The position numbers and the translations under genes were made by a program. Below, piece by piece: positions 1 through 10,459 of a stretch of 64,000 bases of DNA (positions are counted from its first letter, which is position 1; every line of letters begins with the position of its first letter). This DNA is from Microcystaceae cyanobacterium (lineage in GTDB: Bacteria > Cyanobacteriota > Cyanobacteriia > Cyanobacteriales > Microcystaceae): positions 1-64,000 of the forward strand of contig JBGTGT010000055.1 in NCBI GenBank assembly GCA_041746575.1, given 5' to 3'. The notes under the pieces are model-generated. The model was given only the letters and a program-made list of their open reading frames with translations, did no database searches and was not told where the DNA came from.

Positions 1-285
1 CCTTTCCCTGAAAAACGACGAAATACTCCTGAGTTTTTCTTTTCTAGCAATCCTCTTATTTCTGCGTAAAGATTTTGGAGATAACCCTTTTTTAAAACTC
101 CCTTGACATCTGGCTTACAGTCTTAAGTTGTCACGAATGATGAACAGTAGGATCGAATGGCGGCGATGGTGCATTGAGAAATTGCCAATGGAGAAACGAT
201 AGAATGGTTTTGTATCTTTAGCTGATAACTGATGATCTCAATGTTGAAAGAAAGCGATCGCTGAAATCAAAGAACTTTCTTTTGA

Positions 286-1359
286 TTAGCTTTTTACTAA
301 AGGTTTTTGAAAAAACTGAGGGGTTTGATTACTAATATCCAAGCTCACCTTTGTCCCAATATCTAACTGGGTACTTAAAGACGTACGGGCGTGAATTTGG
401 TTACCCGAAGGCATGGCAAGGCAATAACGGTATTCTCTGCCTAAAAATTGCCGGTCTACAACGGTAATTTTCCCCTGATCATCGGGTGATAATAAAATAT
501 CTTCTTGACGAACCATGACCTCCCCTTGATGACAGTCAGCCTCCTTGTGTCCACAATCCCAACCCCCGATTTCTGTTTGCCAGCGATCGCCCCGACGACG
601 GGCGGGTAGGAAATTGGCTTGGGTGACGAATTCAGCCACAAAACGGGAAGTAGGACGGGTATACACCGCTTCAGGTATGCCAATTTGCTCAATTTTACCC
701 CGATTCATCACTGCAATTTTATCCGAAATGGCTAGGGCTTCCTCCTGATCATGGGTGACAAAAATAGCGGTAATTTGCGTTGCTTTGAGGATATGGCGGA
801 TTTCGTGGCGCAATCGTTGTCTGACTTGCACATCCAAGTTACTCAAGGGTTCATCGAGTAAAATTAAACTGGGTTGAGGGGCTAAAGCCCGCGCTAAAGC
901 AACCCGTTGCTGTTGTCCGCCCGATAGTTGATGAGGATAGCGGTTATCTAATCCCCCTAAACCAACAAGGGTTAAAACGTCCCCTACCTGTTGCTGAATC
1001 TGGCGTTTATTTAAAGGGGGTTTTTGGGTTTTTAGGCCAAAGGCAATATTTTCTGCAATCGTTAAATGAGGAAATAGAGCATAATCTTGAAAAACCATAC
1101 CTGTATTGCGATATTCAGGGGGAATATTCACCCCTTCTCCAGCAACCATTTGATGACTTAAAATGATGCTTCCTGTAGATGGTTGTTCAAATCCGGCAAT
1201 CATTCTCAAAAGAGTGGTTTTACCACAGCCAGAGGGGCCGAGTAATCCCAGTAAGTCCCCTTTATCGAGGGAAAAACTGACATTTTCTACGACAGGAAGA
1301 GCATGAGCGTGAAAATGCTTACTAATTTGATTAAGGGTTAGAATCGAAGATAACATCAT
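286..1359 (-). CDS. futC: Fe(III)/polyamine-type ABC transporter ATP-binding subunit (FutC/FbpC-like)
   Basis: Walker A GPSGCGKT, signature LSGGQQQR, Walker B LILLDEP, VFQDYALFPH, C-terminal TOBE-like tail. Confidence 0.75.
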   Translation of the reverse strand: MMLSSILTLNQISKHFHAHALPVVENVSFSLDKGDLLGLLGPSGCGKTTLLRMIAGFEQPSTGSIILSHQMVAGEGVNIPPEYRNTGMVFQDYALFPHLTIAENIAFGLKTQKPPLNKRQIQQQVGDVLTLVGLGGLDNRYPHQLSGGQQQRVALARALAPQPSLILLDEPLSNLDVQVRQRLRHEIRHILKATQITAIFVTHDQEEALAISDKIAVMNRGKIEQIGIPEAVYTRPTSRFVAEFVTQANFLPARRRGDRWQTEIGGWDCGHKEADCHQGEVMVRQEDILLSPDDQGKITVVDRQFLGREYRYCLAMPSGNQIHARTSLSTQLDIGTKVSLDISNQTPQFFQKPLVKS

Positions 1360-1489
1360 TTAACGTGACAACCAAAGAAATGGAGAACGGACTGTTTAAA
1401 CAACAGGAGTTATTATAAGAATTCCCCCTATCCTTTTTTAATGTATCATCTTATTTGAGGATCTTATTAAGAATCTTTATCAAGAATTT

Positions 1490-2221
1490 ATGAACCTTGC
1501 TCCTTCTGCGTTGCCGTCTTCAGTCCCTTTATTAAAGCAAATTAGCCTAATTCTCGCAGTAAAAGGGGTTGAATATAAAACCATTGCCCAATTTTTTTTA
1601 AAAGAGGCTCCCCCTGTACAAATTTTAGCGATTCCGACGGGATTAAATCCGGTTAAGTCTTTTCTCAATCAAGAATTTTCATCTATAGTAGATCAGAATT
1701 TACTGCCAAGGGGAGTTTTATTAATGGGATTGGGCGGAGGGTTGTCTTCTCACCTGTCTGTTGGCCAAATTGTTGTCTATCAGGGGTGTGGTTATGTATC
1801 AGAAGCGGGAAAATGGCAGTATTTAGACTGTGATTTAGAATTAACCCAAAAATTAGCTGACGCTCTTGGCGGAGACTGTCTTTTGAGCAAAGGAATCAGC
1901 GTTGATAGGGTAATAACGCAAGCTCAAGCAAAAAAAGCACTAGGGCAAAAATACGCCGTAGATATCGTGGATATGGAGGGATACGCCGTTTTAGATTTCT
2001 TTCAGCGTCGAGGCATTCCTGTTACTATTTTACGAATTATTAGTGACGATTGTCAGCAAAATTTACCCGATTTAAGCGATATTTTTGATCAAAAAGGCGA
2101 AATGATGCCTTGGATAGTAAGCCGTCAACTGCTCAAAAGTCCCTTGGCATCTCTTCGTTTGATTCGCCATGCTTTATCTGCCTTAAGAGAGCTAAAAGCG
2201 ATCGCCCAACGATTATCCTGA
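1490..2221 (+). CDS. Nucleoside phosphorylase-family protein (PNP/MTAN-like)
   Basis: LLMGLGGGL, VDMEGYA and ILRIISDD motifs of the PNP_UDP_1 fold. Confidence 0.7.
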   Translation: MNLAPSALPSSVPLLKQISLILAVKGVEYKTIAQFFLKEAPPVQILAIPTGLNPVKSFLNQEFSSIVDQNLLPRGVLLMGLGGGLSSHLSVGQIVVYQGCGYVSEAGKWQYLDCDLELTQKLADALGGDCLLSKGISVDRVITQAQAKKALGQKYAVDIVDMEGYAVLDFFQRRGIPVTILRIISDDCQQNLPDLSDIFDQKGEMMPWIVSRQLLKSPLASLRLIRHALSALRELKAIAQRLS

Positions 2222-2234
2222 TCCTAAAAAACCC

Positions 2235-3626
2235 CTAAAATTCTGCATTCAGAGGGGTTCTAGGGAAAGGAATCACATCACGAATGTTGCCCATCCCGGT
2301 CATAAACTGTACCACCCGTTCAAAACCTAAGCCAAAACCCGCATGGGGAACTGAACCATAACGCCGTAGATCTAAATACCACCATAGATCTTCTGGGTTC
2401 ATCTCTTGTTCTTGGATCCGTTGCGTTAAAACGTCTAAGCGTTCCTCCCGTTGAGATCCACCGATGATTTCACCAATTTTTGGCGCAAGAACGTCCATTG
2501 CCGCGACTGTTTTCCCATCATCGTTTAATCTCATATAAAATGCCTTAATACCCTTGGGATAATTCGTCACAATCATCGGTTTTTTAAAGTATTCTTCGGC
2601 CAAATATCGTTCATGTTCAGATTGAAGATCAATTCCCCATTCGACAGGAAATTCAAAGGGCTTCTCTGCTTTTTCGAGTATTTCAATCGCTTTTGTATAA
2701 GTAATACGCTCAAATTCGTTATTAATAATATTATCTGCCGTTTCTAATACCGTTTTATCGATGCGTTCATCAAAAAAGGCCATATCTTCGGGACAAGTCT
2801 CTAAAACCGATTTGAAGATATGCTTTAAGAAGGCTTCTGCTAAATCTTGATCTCCTTCTAAGTCGCAAAACGCCATTTCGGGTTCAACCATCCAGAATTC
2901 TGCTAAATGTCGGGAAGTATTAGAGTTTTCTGCCCGAAAAGTAGGTCCGAAAGTATAAACATTCTGGAAAGCCATGGCCATTATCTCTGCTTCTAATTGA
3001 CCGCTCACGGTTAAATACGCTTGTTTTCCAAAAAAATCTTGCGTAAAATCGGTTTTTTTGCCAGTAACTTGCGGTATTTTATCTAAATCTAAACTGGTAA
3101 CCGTAAATAACTCCCCTGCTCCTTCACAATCGCTAGCAGTAATAATGGGCGTGTGAACCCAAATAAAACCTCTTTCTTGAAAAAACTGATGAATGGCATT
3201 AGCACAGGCATTTCTAACCCTCATGACTGCCCCCATCGTATTAGTTCGAGGTCTAAGATGGGCAATCGTGCGCAAAAACTCAAAAGAATGTCGCTTCTTC
3301 TGTAAAGGATAATTTTCGGAGTCAGATTCTCCATAAAGGGTAAAATCGGTGGCTTTTAGCTCAATACGTTGCCCTTTACCTAAGGAAGGTGCCAGTGATC
3401 CGATCGCCTCTAGGGATGCACCCGTACTAATCTGCTTGATTAAAGTATGATAATCCGGCAAATTGGCGTCAATAATAACCTGTAAATTCTGTAAAGACGA
3501 ACCATCATTGACTTCAATAAAGGAAAACCCTTTAGAATCCCGCTTTGTTCTTACCCATCCTTGAATTTTTACCGTTTCGTCTGCTTGTCCGTTCCGAAGA
3601 ATGTCAATAATGCGATTAATTGTCAT
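2235..3626 (-). CDS. asnS: Asparagine--tRNA ligase
   Basis: OB-fold [42 protein letters not shown]. Confidence 0.97.
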   Translation of the reverse strand: MTINRIIDILRNGQADETVKIQGWVRTKRDSKGFSFIEVNDGSSLQNLQVIIDANLPDYHTLIKQISTGASLEAIGSLAPSLGKGQRIELKATDFTLYGESDSENYPLQKKRHSFEFLRTIAHLRPRTNTMGAVMRVRNACANAIHQFFQERGFIWVHTPIITASDCEGAGELFTVTSLDLDKIPQVTGKKTDFTQDFFGKQAYLTVSGQLEAEIMAMAFQNVYTFGPTFRAENSNTSRHLAEFWMVEPEMAFCDLEGDQDLAEAFLKHIFKSVLETCPEDMAFFDERIDKTVLETADNIINNEFERITYTKAIEILEKAEKPFEFPVEWGIDLQSEHERYLAEEYFKKPMIVTNYPKGIKAFYMRLNDDGKTVAAMDVLAPKIGEIIGGSQREERLDVLTQRIQEQEMNPEDLWWYLDLRRYGSVPHAGFGLGFERVVQFMTGMGNIRDVIPFPRTPLNAEF

Positions 3627-3681
3627 GAGATTTAATTAAGTTTGTTGTTGCCTATTTTTTTATTATTTGCCCAAAATTTTC

Positions 3682-4752
3682 TCAATTTCCGCTTTTTTTT
3701 CGCCATACTTGCCAAATTAAATAGAATAATAATGCCGTTGAAGCGATCGCATAACCCCATCCACTGGGAATATTAGAAAAACCCAAGGCTAAACTACCCA
3801 CCCATAGGGTCAAAGCATAGATAAAAAGGACAGTTTGACGATGAGAAATACCGGCTTTAAGTAAACGATGGTGTAGATGTCTTTTATCGGCAATAAAGGG
3901 GGATTTTCCCTTAGTAAGCCGTGAAATAATTACTGCCGACATATCCACAATGGGAACGGCTAGAACCAAATAAGGCAGTAATACTGCTGTCACTGCCACC
4001 GTGGTAAAAGCCGCCGTTTTCACTAAGCCAATCACGCCAACCCCTGCAAGGGTGAATCCCATAAAGTAAGCCCCCCCATCCCCCATAAAAATCTGGGCAG
4101 GATTGAAATTATAGCGCAAAAAGCCCAACGATCCCCCCGCTAAGGCCGCCGCAATCAAGGCTGCCGCTGGCTGATCCATGAACAAACTGAGAATCAGCAT
4201 CACCACGGCTGAAATCCCACAAACCCCTGCCGCTAAGCCATCTAACCCATCAATCCAATTAATCGCATTCGCCATTCCCACTAACCAAATTATCGTAATA
4301 GGCAAGCTAAGCCAAGCAATATGAATCAAATCCCCAAAGGGGACGGATAAAAACTCAATTTTAACCCCTGCTTGCCATGCAGCAGTCGCCACGGCCGTTT
4401 GCATAATTAGGCGAGAAATGGGCGATAAACTCAGTAAATCATCCGCTAAGCCAATGAGAAAGAAAGCTAACGCCCCAAGCGTTACGCCCCAAATTTCCCA
4501 TTCTTTGTGAGGCGGTAACCAACCGAAGCCCCCTAACCACCAGATAATCAACAATGAGCAGAGAAATCCAGCAAAAATAGCGACTCCTCCCAAGCGAACC
4601 ATCGGACGTTGGTGCATTTTGCGCTGATTTGGGCTATCAACCCCCACCCCTTTATTTAAACCAATACGTTTGACAGTGGGAGTAATCCACCAGACCACGG
4701 TGAGGGCGATGGCAAAAGCAATAAAATGATAGCGTTCAGCAGGGATTAACAT
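3682..4752 (-). CDS. WecA/TagO-like polyprenyl-phosphate GlcNAc-1-phosphate transferase (MraY/WecA family)
   Basis: Multi-TM; GLADD, NAINWIDGLDGL, FMGDGG and HLHHRL motifs. Confidence 0.9.
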   Translation of the reverse strand: MLIPAERYHFIAFAIALTVVWWITPTVKRIGLNKGVGVDSPNQRKMHQRPMVRLGGVAIFAGFLCSLLIIWWLGGFGWLPPHKEWEIWGVTLGALAFFLIGLADDLLSLSPISRLIMQTAVATAAWQAGVKIEFLSVPFGDLIHIAWLSLPITIIWLVGMANAINWIDGLDGLAAGVCGISAVVMLILSLFMDQPAAALIAAALAGGSLGFLRYNFNPAQIFMGDGGAYFMGFTLAGVGVIGLVKTAAFTTVAVTAVLLPYLVLAVPIVDMSAVIISRLTKGKSPFIADKRHLHHRLLKAGISHRQTVLFIYALTLWVGSLALGFSNIPSGWGYAIASTALLFYLIWQVWRKKSGN

Positions 4753-4817
4753 GGGTCAGGATTAAAGGTGAATGGGAAACTTTACCCTAGCTTATCCGAT
4801 TATTGTAGAGGGTAAAG

Positions 4818-6089
4818 TTATGCCAGAACGGGAACAGACATCCGCAGATGGGAATATAAAGGGAAAGATTGACATAGATTCGCCACCCGACGGCGTCCCT
4901 TTTCTTTGGCGGTTTCATCCTCTGGTTTGTGGAGGCAATCAGCGATAATGTCTCCTATTTCTGTAAATTCGGCTTCTTTCATGCCTCTGGTCGTCATGGC
5001 GGGTGAGCCTAAGCGCAGACCACTGGTGACGAAGGGAGATTCGGGATCAAAGGGAACGGTATTTTTGTTGGCGGTAATATTAATTTCACTGAGAAGTTTA
5101 TCGGCTTGTTTTCCAGTCATACCGATAGATCGTAAATCCACTAACATCAGATGATTATCCGTTCCACCCGAAACCAGTTTTAAGCCCCGTTTCATCAGTT
5201 GATTGGCCATGGCTTGGGAATTGGCGATCACTTGGGCAGAATAGATTTTAAAGTCGGGGTGTAACGCTTCTCCAAAAGCAACTGCCCTGGCGGCGATGAC
5301 GTGTTCGAGAGGGCCACCCTGACTACCGGGGAAGACGGCTTTATCGAATTTTTTGCCTAATTCAGCATCTTTAGTCATAATTAAGCCTCCCCTCGGCCCC
5401 CGTAACGTTTTATGGGTGGTGGTGGTGACGACATCACAATGGGGAATCGGATTGGGGTGATGTCCAGTGGCGACTAATCCGGCAATATGAGCAATATCTG
5501 CTAAAAGATACGCTCCTACTTCATCGGCGATCGCTCGGAATTGGTCAAAATGAATCACTCTGGGATAGGCAGAGTAGCCACAAATAACGAGTTTTGGTTG
5601 TTCTTTGAGAGCTAATTCTCGAATCGTGGCGTAATTTAGTCGTTCTGTCTCTGGATCTACCCCATAATGGCAAGTTTCAAACCATTTTCCCGATACGTTG
5701 GCGGGAGAACCATGGGTGAGATGTCCCCCGTGGGATAAGTCCATGCCCATGATTTTATCACCGGGTTGTAGCAGGGCTAAAAAGACGGCAAAATTGGCTT
5801 GTGCGCCGGAATGCGGTTGAACATTGGCGTGTTCTGCTCCAAATAACAGTTTAACTCTATCAATCGCCAGTTGTTCAATTTTGTCTATAAATTCGCAACC
5901 CCCATAGTACCGTTTTTTGGGTAATCCTTCGGCGTATTTGTTGGTTAATACCGATCCTTGGGCTTCCAGCACTGCCGCAGAAGTAAAATTTTCGCTGGCA
6001 ATCAATTCGAGATGATCGCGTTGCCGTTGTAGTTCGTGATCGATCATTTCTGCGATCGCTGGATCCTGTTGCGCTAAAAAGTCAGTCAT
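4818..6089 (-). CDS. glyA: Serine hydroxymethyltransferase
   Basis: [32 protein letters not shown] (PLP lysine). Confidence 0.98.
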   Translation of the reverse strand: MTDFLAQQDPAIAEMIDHELQRQRDHLELIASENFTSAAVLEAQGSVLTNKYAEGLPKKRYYGGCEFIDKIEQLAIDRVKLLFGAEHANVQPHSGAQANFAVFLALLQPGDKIMGMDLSHGGHLTHGSPANVSGKWFETCHYGVDPETERLNYATIRELALKEQPKLVICGYSAYPRVIHFDQFRAIADEVGAYLLADIAHIAGLVATGHHPNPIPHCDVVTTTTHKTLRGPRGGLIMTKDAELGKKFDKAVFPGSQGGPLEHVIAARAVAFGEALHPDFKIYSAQVIANSQAMANQLMKRGLKLVSGGTDNHLMLVDLRSIGMTGKQADKLLSEINITANKNTVPFDPESPFVTSGLRLGSPAMTTRGMKEAEFTEIGDIIADCLHKPEDETAKEKGRRRVANLCQSFPLYSHLRMSVPVLA

Positions 6090-6242
6090 TGTCGTTCAAG
6101 CTAGTCAAGATAAATAAATAGTTAAAGGTTGAGGGTCACTCTCAACATTTTATTCTATCGTTACTCGCAGGATGCTATAGAATAAATACGTTTATGGGTT
6201 GAGACTTTTCTCGACTAACCTTACCGATGATTTAAAGATTTA

Positions 6243-6582
6243 TATGAATAAAATTAAGTTATATGCCATTTTAGGGCTAATGACTGCCGTTGTTCTCGGC
6301 GGAGGGATTATCCTTTTAACCGCCGGTAAAGTGGTAGGGCAACGGTTTTTTGGTCGCAATTTTGCGGAAAGGCAATTAGAAGATTATGTTTCTTCGGTAC
6401 TGAAACAGGATATCAATGGGGCAAGATGTCAAGCCATGGATTCGGATCAAAATGGCTATGTTTCTTGTGATTATACCCTTGTTTCTGCTCCTGAAAATGT
6501 TCAATCGATTGAATGTGCGGCTTGGGGATTAGATGGCTTTTTTAATCGTGGTTGTAAGACTCGTCTGCCGAATTTTCGCTAA
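6243..6582 (+). CDS. Hypothetical exported protein with four Cys (ATG at about 6243 more likely than the TTG at 6199)
   Basis: N-terminal hydrophobic helix; C..DSDQNGYVSC..C..C pattern. Confidence 0.6.
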
Positions 6583-6584
6583 AA

Positions 6585-7394
6585 TTACTTTAAATTTAGG
6601 AATTTATCCAAGGCCGCTACCATACTCGGCGGCCAACGGCGAATTTTTTGTACCCAGTCTAATTCTTGGTAACGATTATCCATTCCCACGGCGGCTACCC
6701 AATGACTTTCGGCTTCCCCTTGATTTCCTTGTTCCCACAAGGCAGCTGTTAAAGCGGCGCGCATATCGGGAAACATCGGGTATTTACGGGTCAAATTGCG
6801 CATTTTTGTAATGGCTTGGCTTTTTTGACCTGTTTCGTACAAGGCTAGGGCGGCATTAGCTTGAGCAAAGGCAAAACTGGGGGCTAAATTGGCGGCTTTT
6901 TGATAATCTTCTAGGGCTTCTTGCCATTTTCCTAAACCTCCTTTGGCATTGCCTCGGTTATTATAGGCCATGACGTCTTGGGGATTGAAAGATAAAACTT
7001 TGTCATAGTCAGTGATCGCCGCTTTGTAACGACCTAATCCTTCTAAGGCAGTGCCACGGTTTAAATAGGGATCTGGGGAAGTGGGTGCGAGATTTATTGC
7101 TTCATTGAAGTCGAGAATCGCTTCTTCTAGTTTAAATTGACTGACTTTGCTATTACCTCGGTTACTCCAGACGGCAGGATTAGTGGGAAAGGCATCAATT
7201 AACTGCGTCCAATAGGTTTCTGCTTGAGAAAAATTGCCTTTTTCGGTGACTTCTAAGGCTTTTTGGGCAATACTTTCGCCCCATTGTAACTGTTCTTCTG
7301 TAATCGAACTGGGACTATCTACTGCTAAGCTAGAAGGCATAGGATAAAGGAATGTGAGGCAAGCGATTAAGAGAATCAGAATGAGACGTATCAT
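6585..7394 (-). CDS. Exported tetratricopeptide-repeat protein
   Basis: Signal peptide; repeated W/YxNRG TPR units. Confidence 0.88.
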   Translation of the reverse strand: MIRLILILLIACLTFLYPMPSSLAVDSPSSITEEQLQWGESIAQKALEVTEKGNFSQAETYWTQLIDAFPTNPAVWSNRGNSKVSQFKLEEAILDFNEAINLAPTSPDPYLNRGTALEGLGRYKAAITDYDKVLSFNPQDVMAYNNRGNAKGGLGKWQEALEDYQKAANLAPSFAFAQANAALALYETGQKSQAITKMRNLTRKYPMFPDMRAALTAALWEQGNQGEAESHWVAAVGMDNRYQELDWVQKIRRWPPSMVAALDKFLNLK

Positions 7395-7437
7395 GCCACC
7401 GTTCAGCCTTGAGTAATTATTCCTCCTATGGTAGCGA

Positions 7438-7974
7438 TTAATCTTTCATTCTGTCCAAGTATTCTTGGTAACCGATTTGGTCGAGTTTTGCTTGCTTTTC
7501 TAATACGGTCTCCTGTAATTGTTGTCGAAATTGCTGTACCTTTTCCATAAGGGCTGAATCATGGGAAGCAAGGATTTGCACCGCTAGGAGTCCGGCATTT
7601 TGGGCGTTGTCAATGGCTACTGTAGCGACGGGAATTCCTCTAGGCATCTGGACAATAGAGTATAGGGAATCTACTCCTTGCAGATGACGGGTAGAAACGG
7701 GAACACCAATCACGGGTAAAGGGGTTAGAGCGGCTACCATCCCGGGTAAATGAGCGGCACCGCCTGCCCCTGCAATAATCACTTTTATTTCTCTTTTATG
7801 GGCGTTTTTTGCGTATTCTACCATTCTTTCAGGGGTACGATGGGCGGAAACAATCGCGACTTCGTGGGGAATATTAAAGGTTTCACAAATGGCGATCGCC
7901 GCTTGCATAGTGGGTAAGTCGGAATCACTACCCATAATAATACCAATTAGGGGAGAAGGGATTTCTGGATTCAT
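7438..7974 (-). CDS. purE: N5-CAIR mutase
   Basis: [36 protein letters not shown]. Confidence 0.98.
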   Translation of the reverse strand: MNPEIPSPLIGIIMGSDSDLPTMQAAIAICETFNIPHEVAIVSAHRTPERMVEYAKNAHKREIKVIIAGAGGAAHLPGMVAALTPLPVIGVPVSTRHLQGVDSLYSIVQMPRGIPVATVAIDNAQNAGLLAVQILASHDSALMEKVQQFRQQLQETVLEKQAKLDQIGYQEYLDRMKD

Positions 7975-8264
7975 AAATAAAGGAGAATTCTACCTCAATT
8001 AGTATATTGGATTAAGGAATTTTATCACTATCTTTGACTTGGTAGAATCAACAAAAGCTTACCAGTAAAATGGACACATTATTGGGAGAATATCAATTAA
8101 ATCGTTCTGTGATTATATTTTAACGGTAACCAGCTTAACACCATGATTTTTCAGAATAATTATTTTAAAATTAAGTTATTGACTTTTTTGAAGTGTGTAT
8201 GTTACTTTTGAATAGTCACTGCGTTTTAATGCTTATTTAAAAAATAAATAGAAATATAGAAATA

Positions 8265-9101
8265 ATGAGTCAAAATTCATAAAATCCCCTTGATATCTTA
8301 AAATTATTCGATTATAAAGATTTCAAAAAACATAAAGATCTTACCAAAATAAATCGAAATGTACCTGATTTTTTCAAAAAGTTCTCTTCATTCTTGAAGA
8401 GAGTTATTTTCTTGGTATATTCTAAAATTCCATTGCCTATAATTCTCTTTTTTAAAAGATATTTTTTGTTGTCTGAGAATAGATTTTTGATAAGTTATAT
8501 ATACTGTTCGATATATACTGTATTGGGTGTAATTTTATCAGGGTTTAAGATTGAAAATGTTAATATAGAAGATGCACTAAATATTCTAAAACTTAGTACA
8601 CTCTATTTATTATTATCTTTCGCTTCCGCGGTAGCTTTGATTATTAGCCAGTTCAAAAATAGAGAAAAGTTACCAAATATTATAGATAAACAAATTCAGA
8701 ACCTGTTATACAGTGATAATAGTAATCTTGCTATTATTTCCCTATCTAAAAATATCAATTATGAAAAATATTTAACCTACCTTAATTATTTGAAAGATTT
8801 AGAACTTGTTATTCAGTATCTCAGGGATAAAAGACAAGATAGAGAACAAGTTTCAGCTAAATTTTTGCCTTTTCTCTCAATATTATTATTAATTCTCATT
8901 ATAGAGGGGGTCAATCTTCCTAGTGAGCCGTTGCAAAACCATGACTTTTTGCGGGAGTTAGGAGTATGGGGATTACCTTCATTCCTTGTATTAGTCAATA
9001 GTTTGTTAAACTTTTTTCAAGAATTAACTTTTAGACAAGAATTACATTACTATAGAACTCAATTGCATCTTTTAAAGAGAGCGCAACATCAGAACAGATA
9101 A
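8265..9101 (+). pseudogene. AT-rich multi-TM hypothetical protein, probably with an early nonsense codon
   Basis: ATG at 8265 is in frame with ORF 8394-9101 but has TAA at codon 6 (8280-8282); the frame is otherwise open. Confidence 0.5.
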
Positions 9102-9188
9102 TAATTTACTAATTGATGAAGAAACAATTAGAAGAATTTATGATAGATAAATATAACGATCACCTCTAATTAAAAAACTTAAAAAACG

Positions 9189-9386
9189 TTAAAAGCCTAT
9201 TTGTTCAAATGAAAAATTATGTATATCAGTTCTTTGTTTAGCGTGTTCAATAGTTAATGCACAAATATTTCCGCTTTCATCTAAGTCTAAAATTGTATTG
9301 ACATCAAGTTCTTTGGTTTCAGCAATATTGTGATTGCGAAATTCGATATATAGGGTGTCGGTTTCTTCAAAGTATTTGATTTTCAT
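9189..9386 (-). CDS. DUF2283-family protein (putative antitoxin)
   Basis: MKIKYFEETDTLYI..LDLDESGNICALTIEHA pattern. Confidence 0.8.
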   Translation of the reverse strand: MKIKYFEETDTLYIEFRNHNIAETKELDVNTILDLDESGNICALTIEHAKQRTDIHNFSFEQIGF

Positions 9387-9619
9387 AGTTTAAAGTTTCT
9401 ATCAAAAAAAGCATTGTGTATCGTTTCGCCATCATCTAGCAAGATGACACGTAGGAATTTTCCTTGCATTTCTTCTATTTTAGCCCATCTGCGAATTCCC
9501 CCGTCTTGTTGTACTTCTTCCCGAATAGGATAGTTAATTGTTTTCTCTATCCATTCTAGCTTAATCATTACACGGTCAGGTCGTTGTCTAACCTGTTGAA
9601 AATATTGAGTAAATTTCAA
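9383..9619 (-). CDS. Small DUF4258/RelE-like protein paired with DUF2283 (putative toxin)
   Basis: 4-nt overlap with the DUF2283 gene; RVILLDDGETIHNAFFDR. Confidence 0.6.
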   Translation of the reverse strand: MKFTQYFQQVRQRPDRVMIKLEWIEKTINYPIREEVQQDGGIRRWAKIEEMQGKFLRVILLDDGETIHNAFFDRNFKL

Positions 9620-9801
9620 AGATTCTTTCCTTGATTCATCTGTAAACGAATTGCCTCTACTATTTTAGTTTCCCATTCAGGATTATTATAAGCAATCGAA
9701 ACTTTATTCGGTCGAGAATGTCTTCTGTCCATATAAGTATAAAAGGCTTCTTTAGTATCTTTGCGAGCAATTAAATATTGCTTTAATTCTTGCTCACTCA
9801 T
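9616..9801 (-). CDS. DUF6887-like small protein, 5'-degenerate second copy
   Basis: ELKQYL..EAFYTYMDR resembles 9893-10087; the upstream in-frame INYN* matches INYNS of the paralogue. Confidence 0.6.
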   Translation of the reverse strand: MSEQELKQYLIARKDTKEAFYTYMDRRHSRPNKVSIAYNNPEWETKIVEAIRLQMNQGKNL

Positions 9802-9892
9802 CTAATTATAATTAATATTTTCCTTTATGACTCCACCTCAATAAAAATTTCTTACATCAAACATAAAACCTACTAATAAATTCAATATAATT

Positions 9893-10087
9893 TTATGATT
9901 GATCAGATTGTAGATGAGGGATAATTTTCTCCTCCCAATCATTAGTGTCTAAGTCTATTGTAATCATTTTACCCTCTGCTTTAGAACGATCAACATATGT
10001 ATAAAAAGCATTAGTATCTTCTCGATGAGTTAAAACATATCGTCTTAATTCTTCTAAACTAAGACTATTGTAATTAATTGCGTTCAT
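9893..10087 (-). CDS. DUF6887-like small protein
   Basis: LSLEELRRYVLTHREDTNAFYTYVDR. Confidence 0.7.
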   Translation of the reverse strand: MNAINYNSLSLEELRRYVLTHREDTNAFYTYVDRSKAEGKMITIDLDTNDWEEKIIPHLQSDQS

Positions 10088-10272
10088 GGTTCATAGCCTC
10101 CAGAAGGTTTAATTTCAAAATCTAATTCTTGTGCTAATACATATAAATTTCCTGTTCTTTCATCAATTCTAACTAATTCAATATTACGGTATTGCCATTG
10201 GGGATAAATGGCATTGGTTAAACGATAGCACAAACGATAAAGTCCTTGAGCCTGTTGATCAGTTGGATTCAT
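10084..10272 (-). CDS. DUF6888-like small protein
   Basis: PTDQQ..YRLCYRLT..IELVRIDERTGNLYVLA; ATGA overlap with the DUF6887 gene. Confidence 0.7.
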   Translation of the reverse strand: MNPTDQQAQGLYRLCYRLTNAIYPQWQYRNIELVRIDERTGNLYVLAQELDFEIKPSGGYEP

Positions 10273-10459
10273 AAAGAAAGGTTATTTTGAATATTACTCA
10301 TTTTCATTGTAAACAGCAACTTGTCACCCTTTACCTGTTGTATCTATCCCACCTATAGATAAATTCTTATCTCCAGAATTCCTCACAATTCTAAAGCCTT
10401 CTCCCTAAAAAATTGTAAAATTCTTTTAAGATGCGTTAACTCTATATCAAGGGGATATT

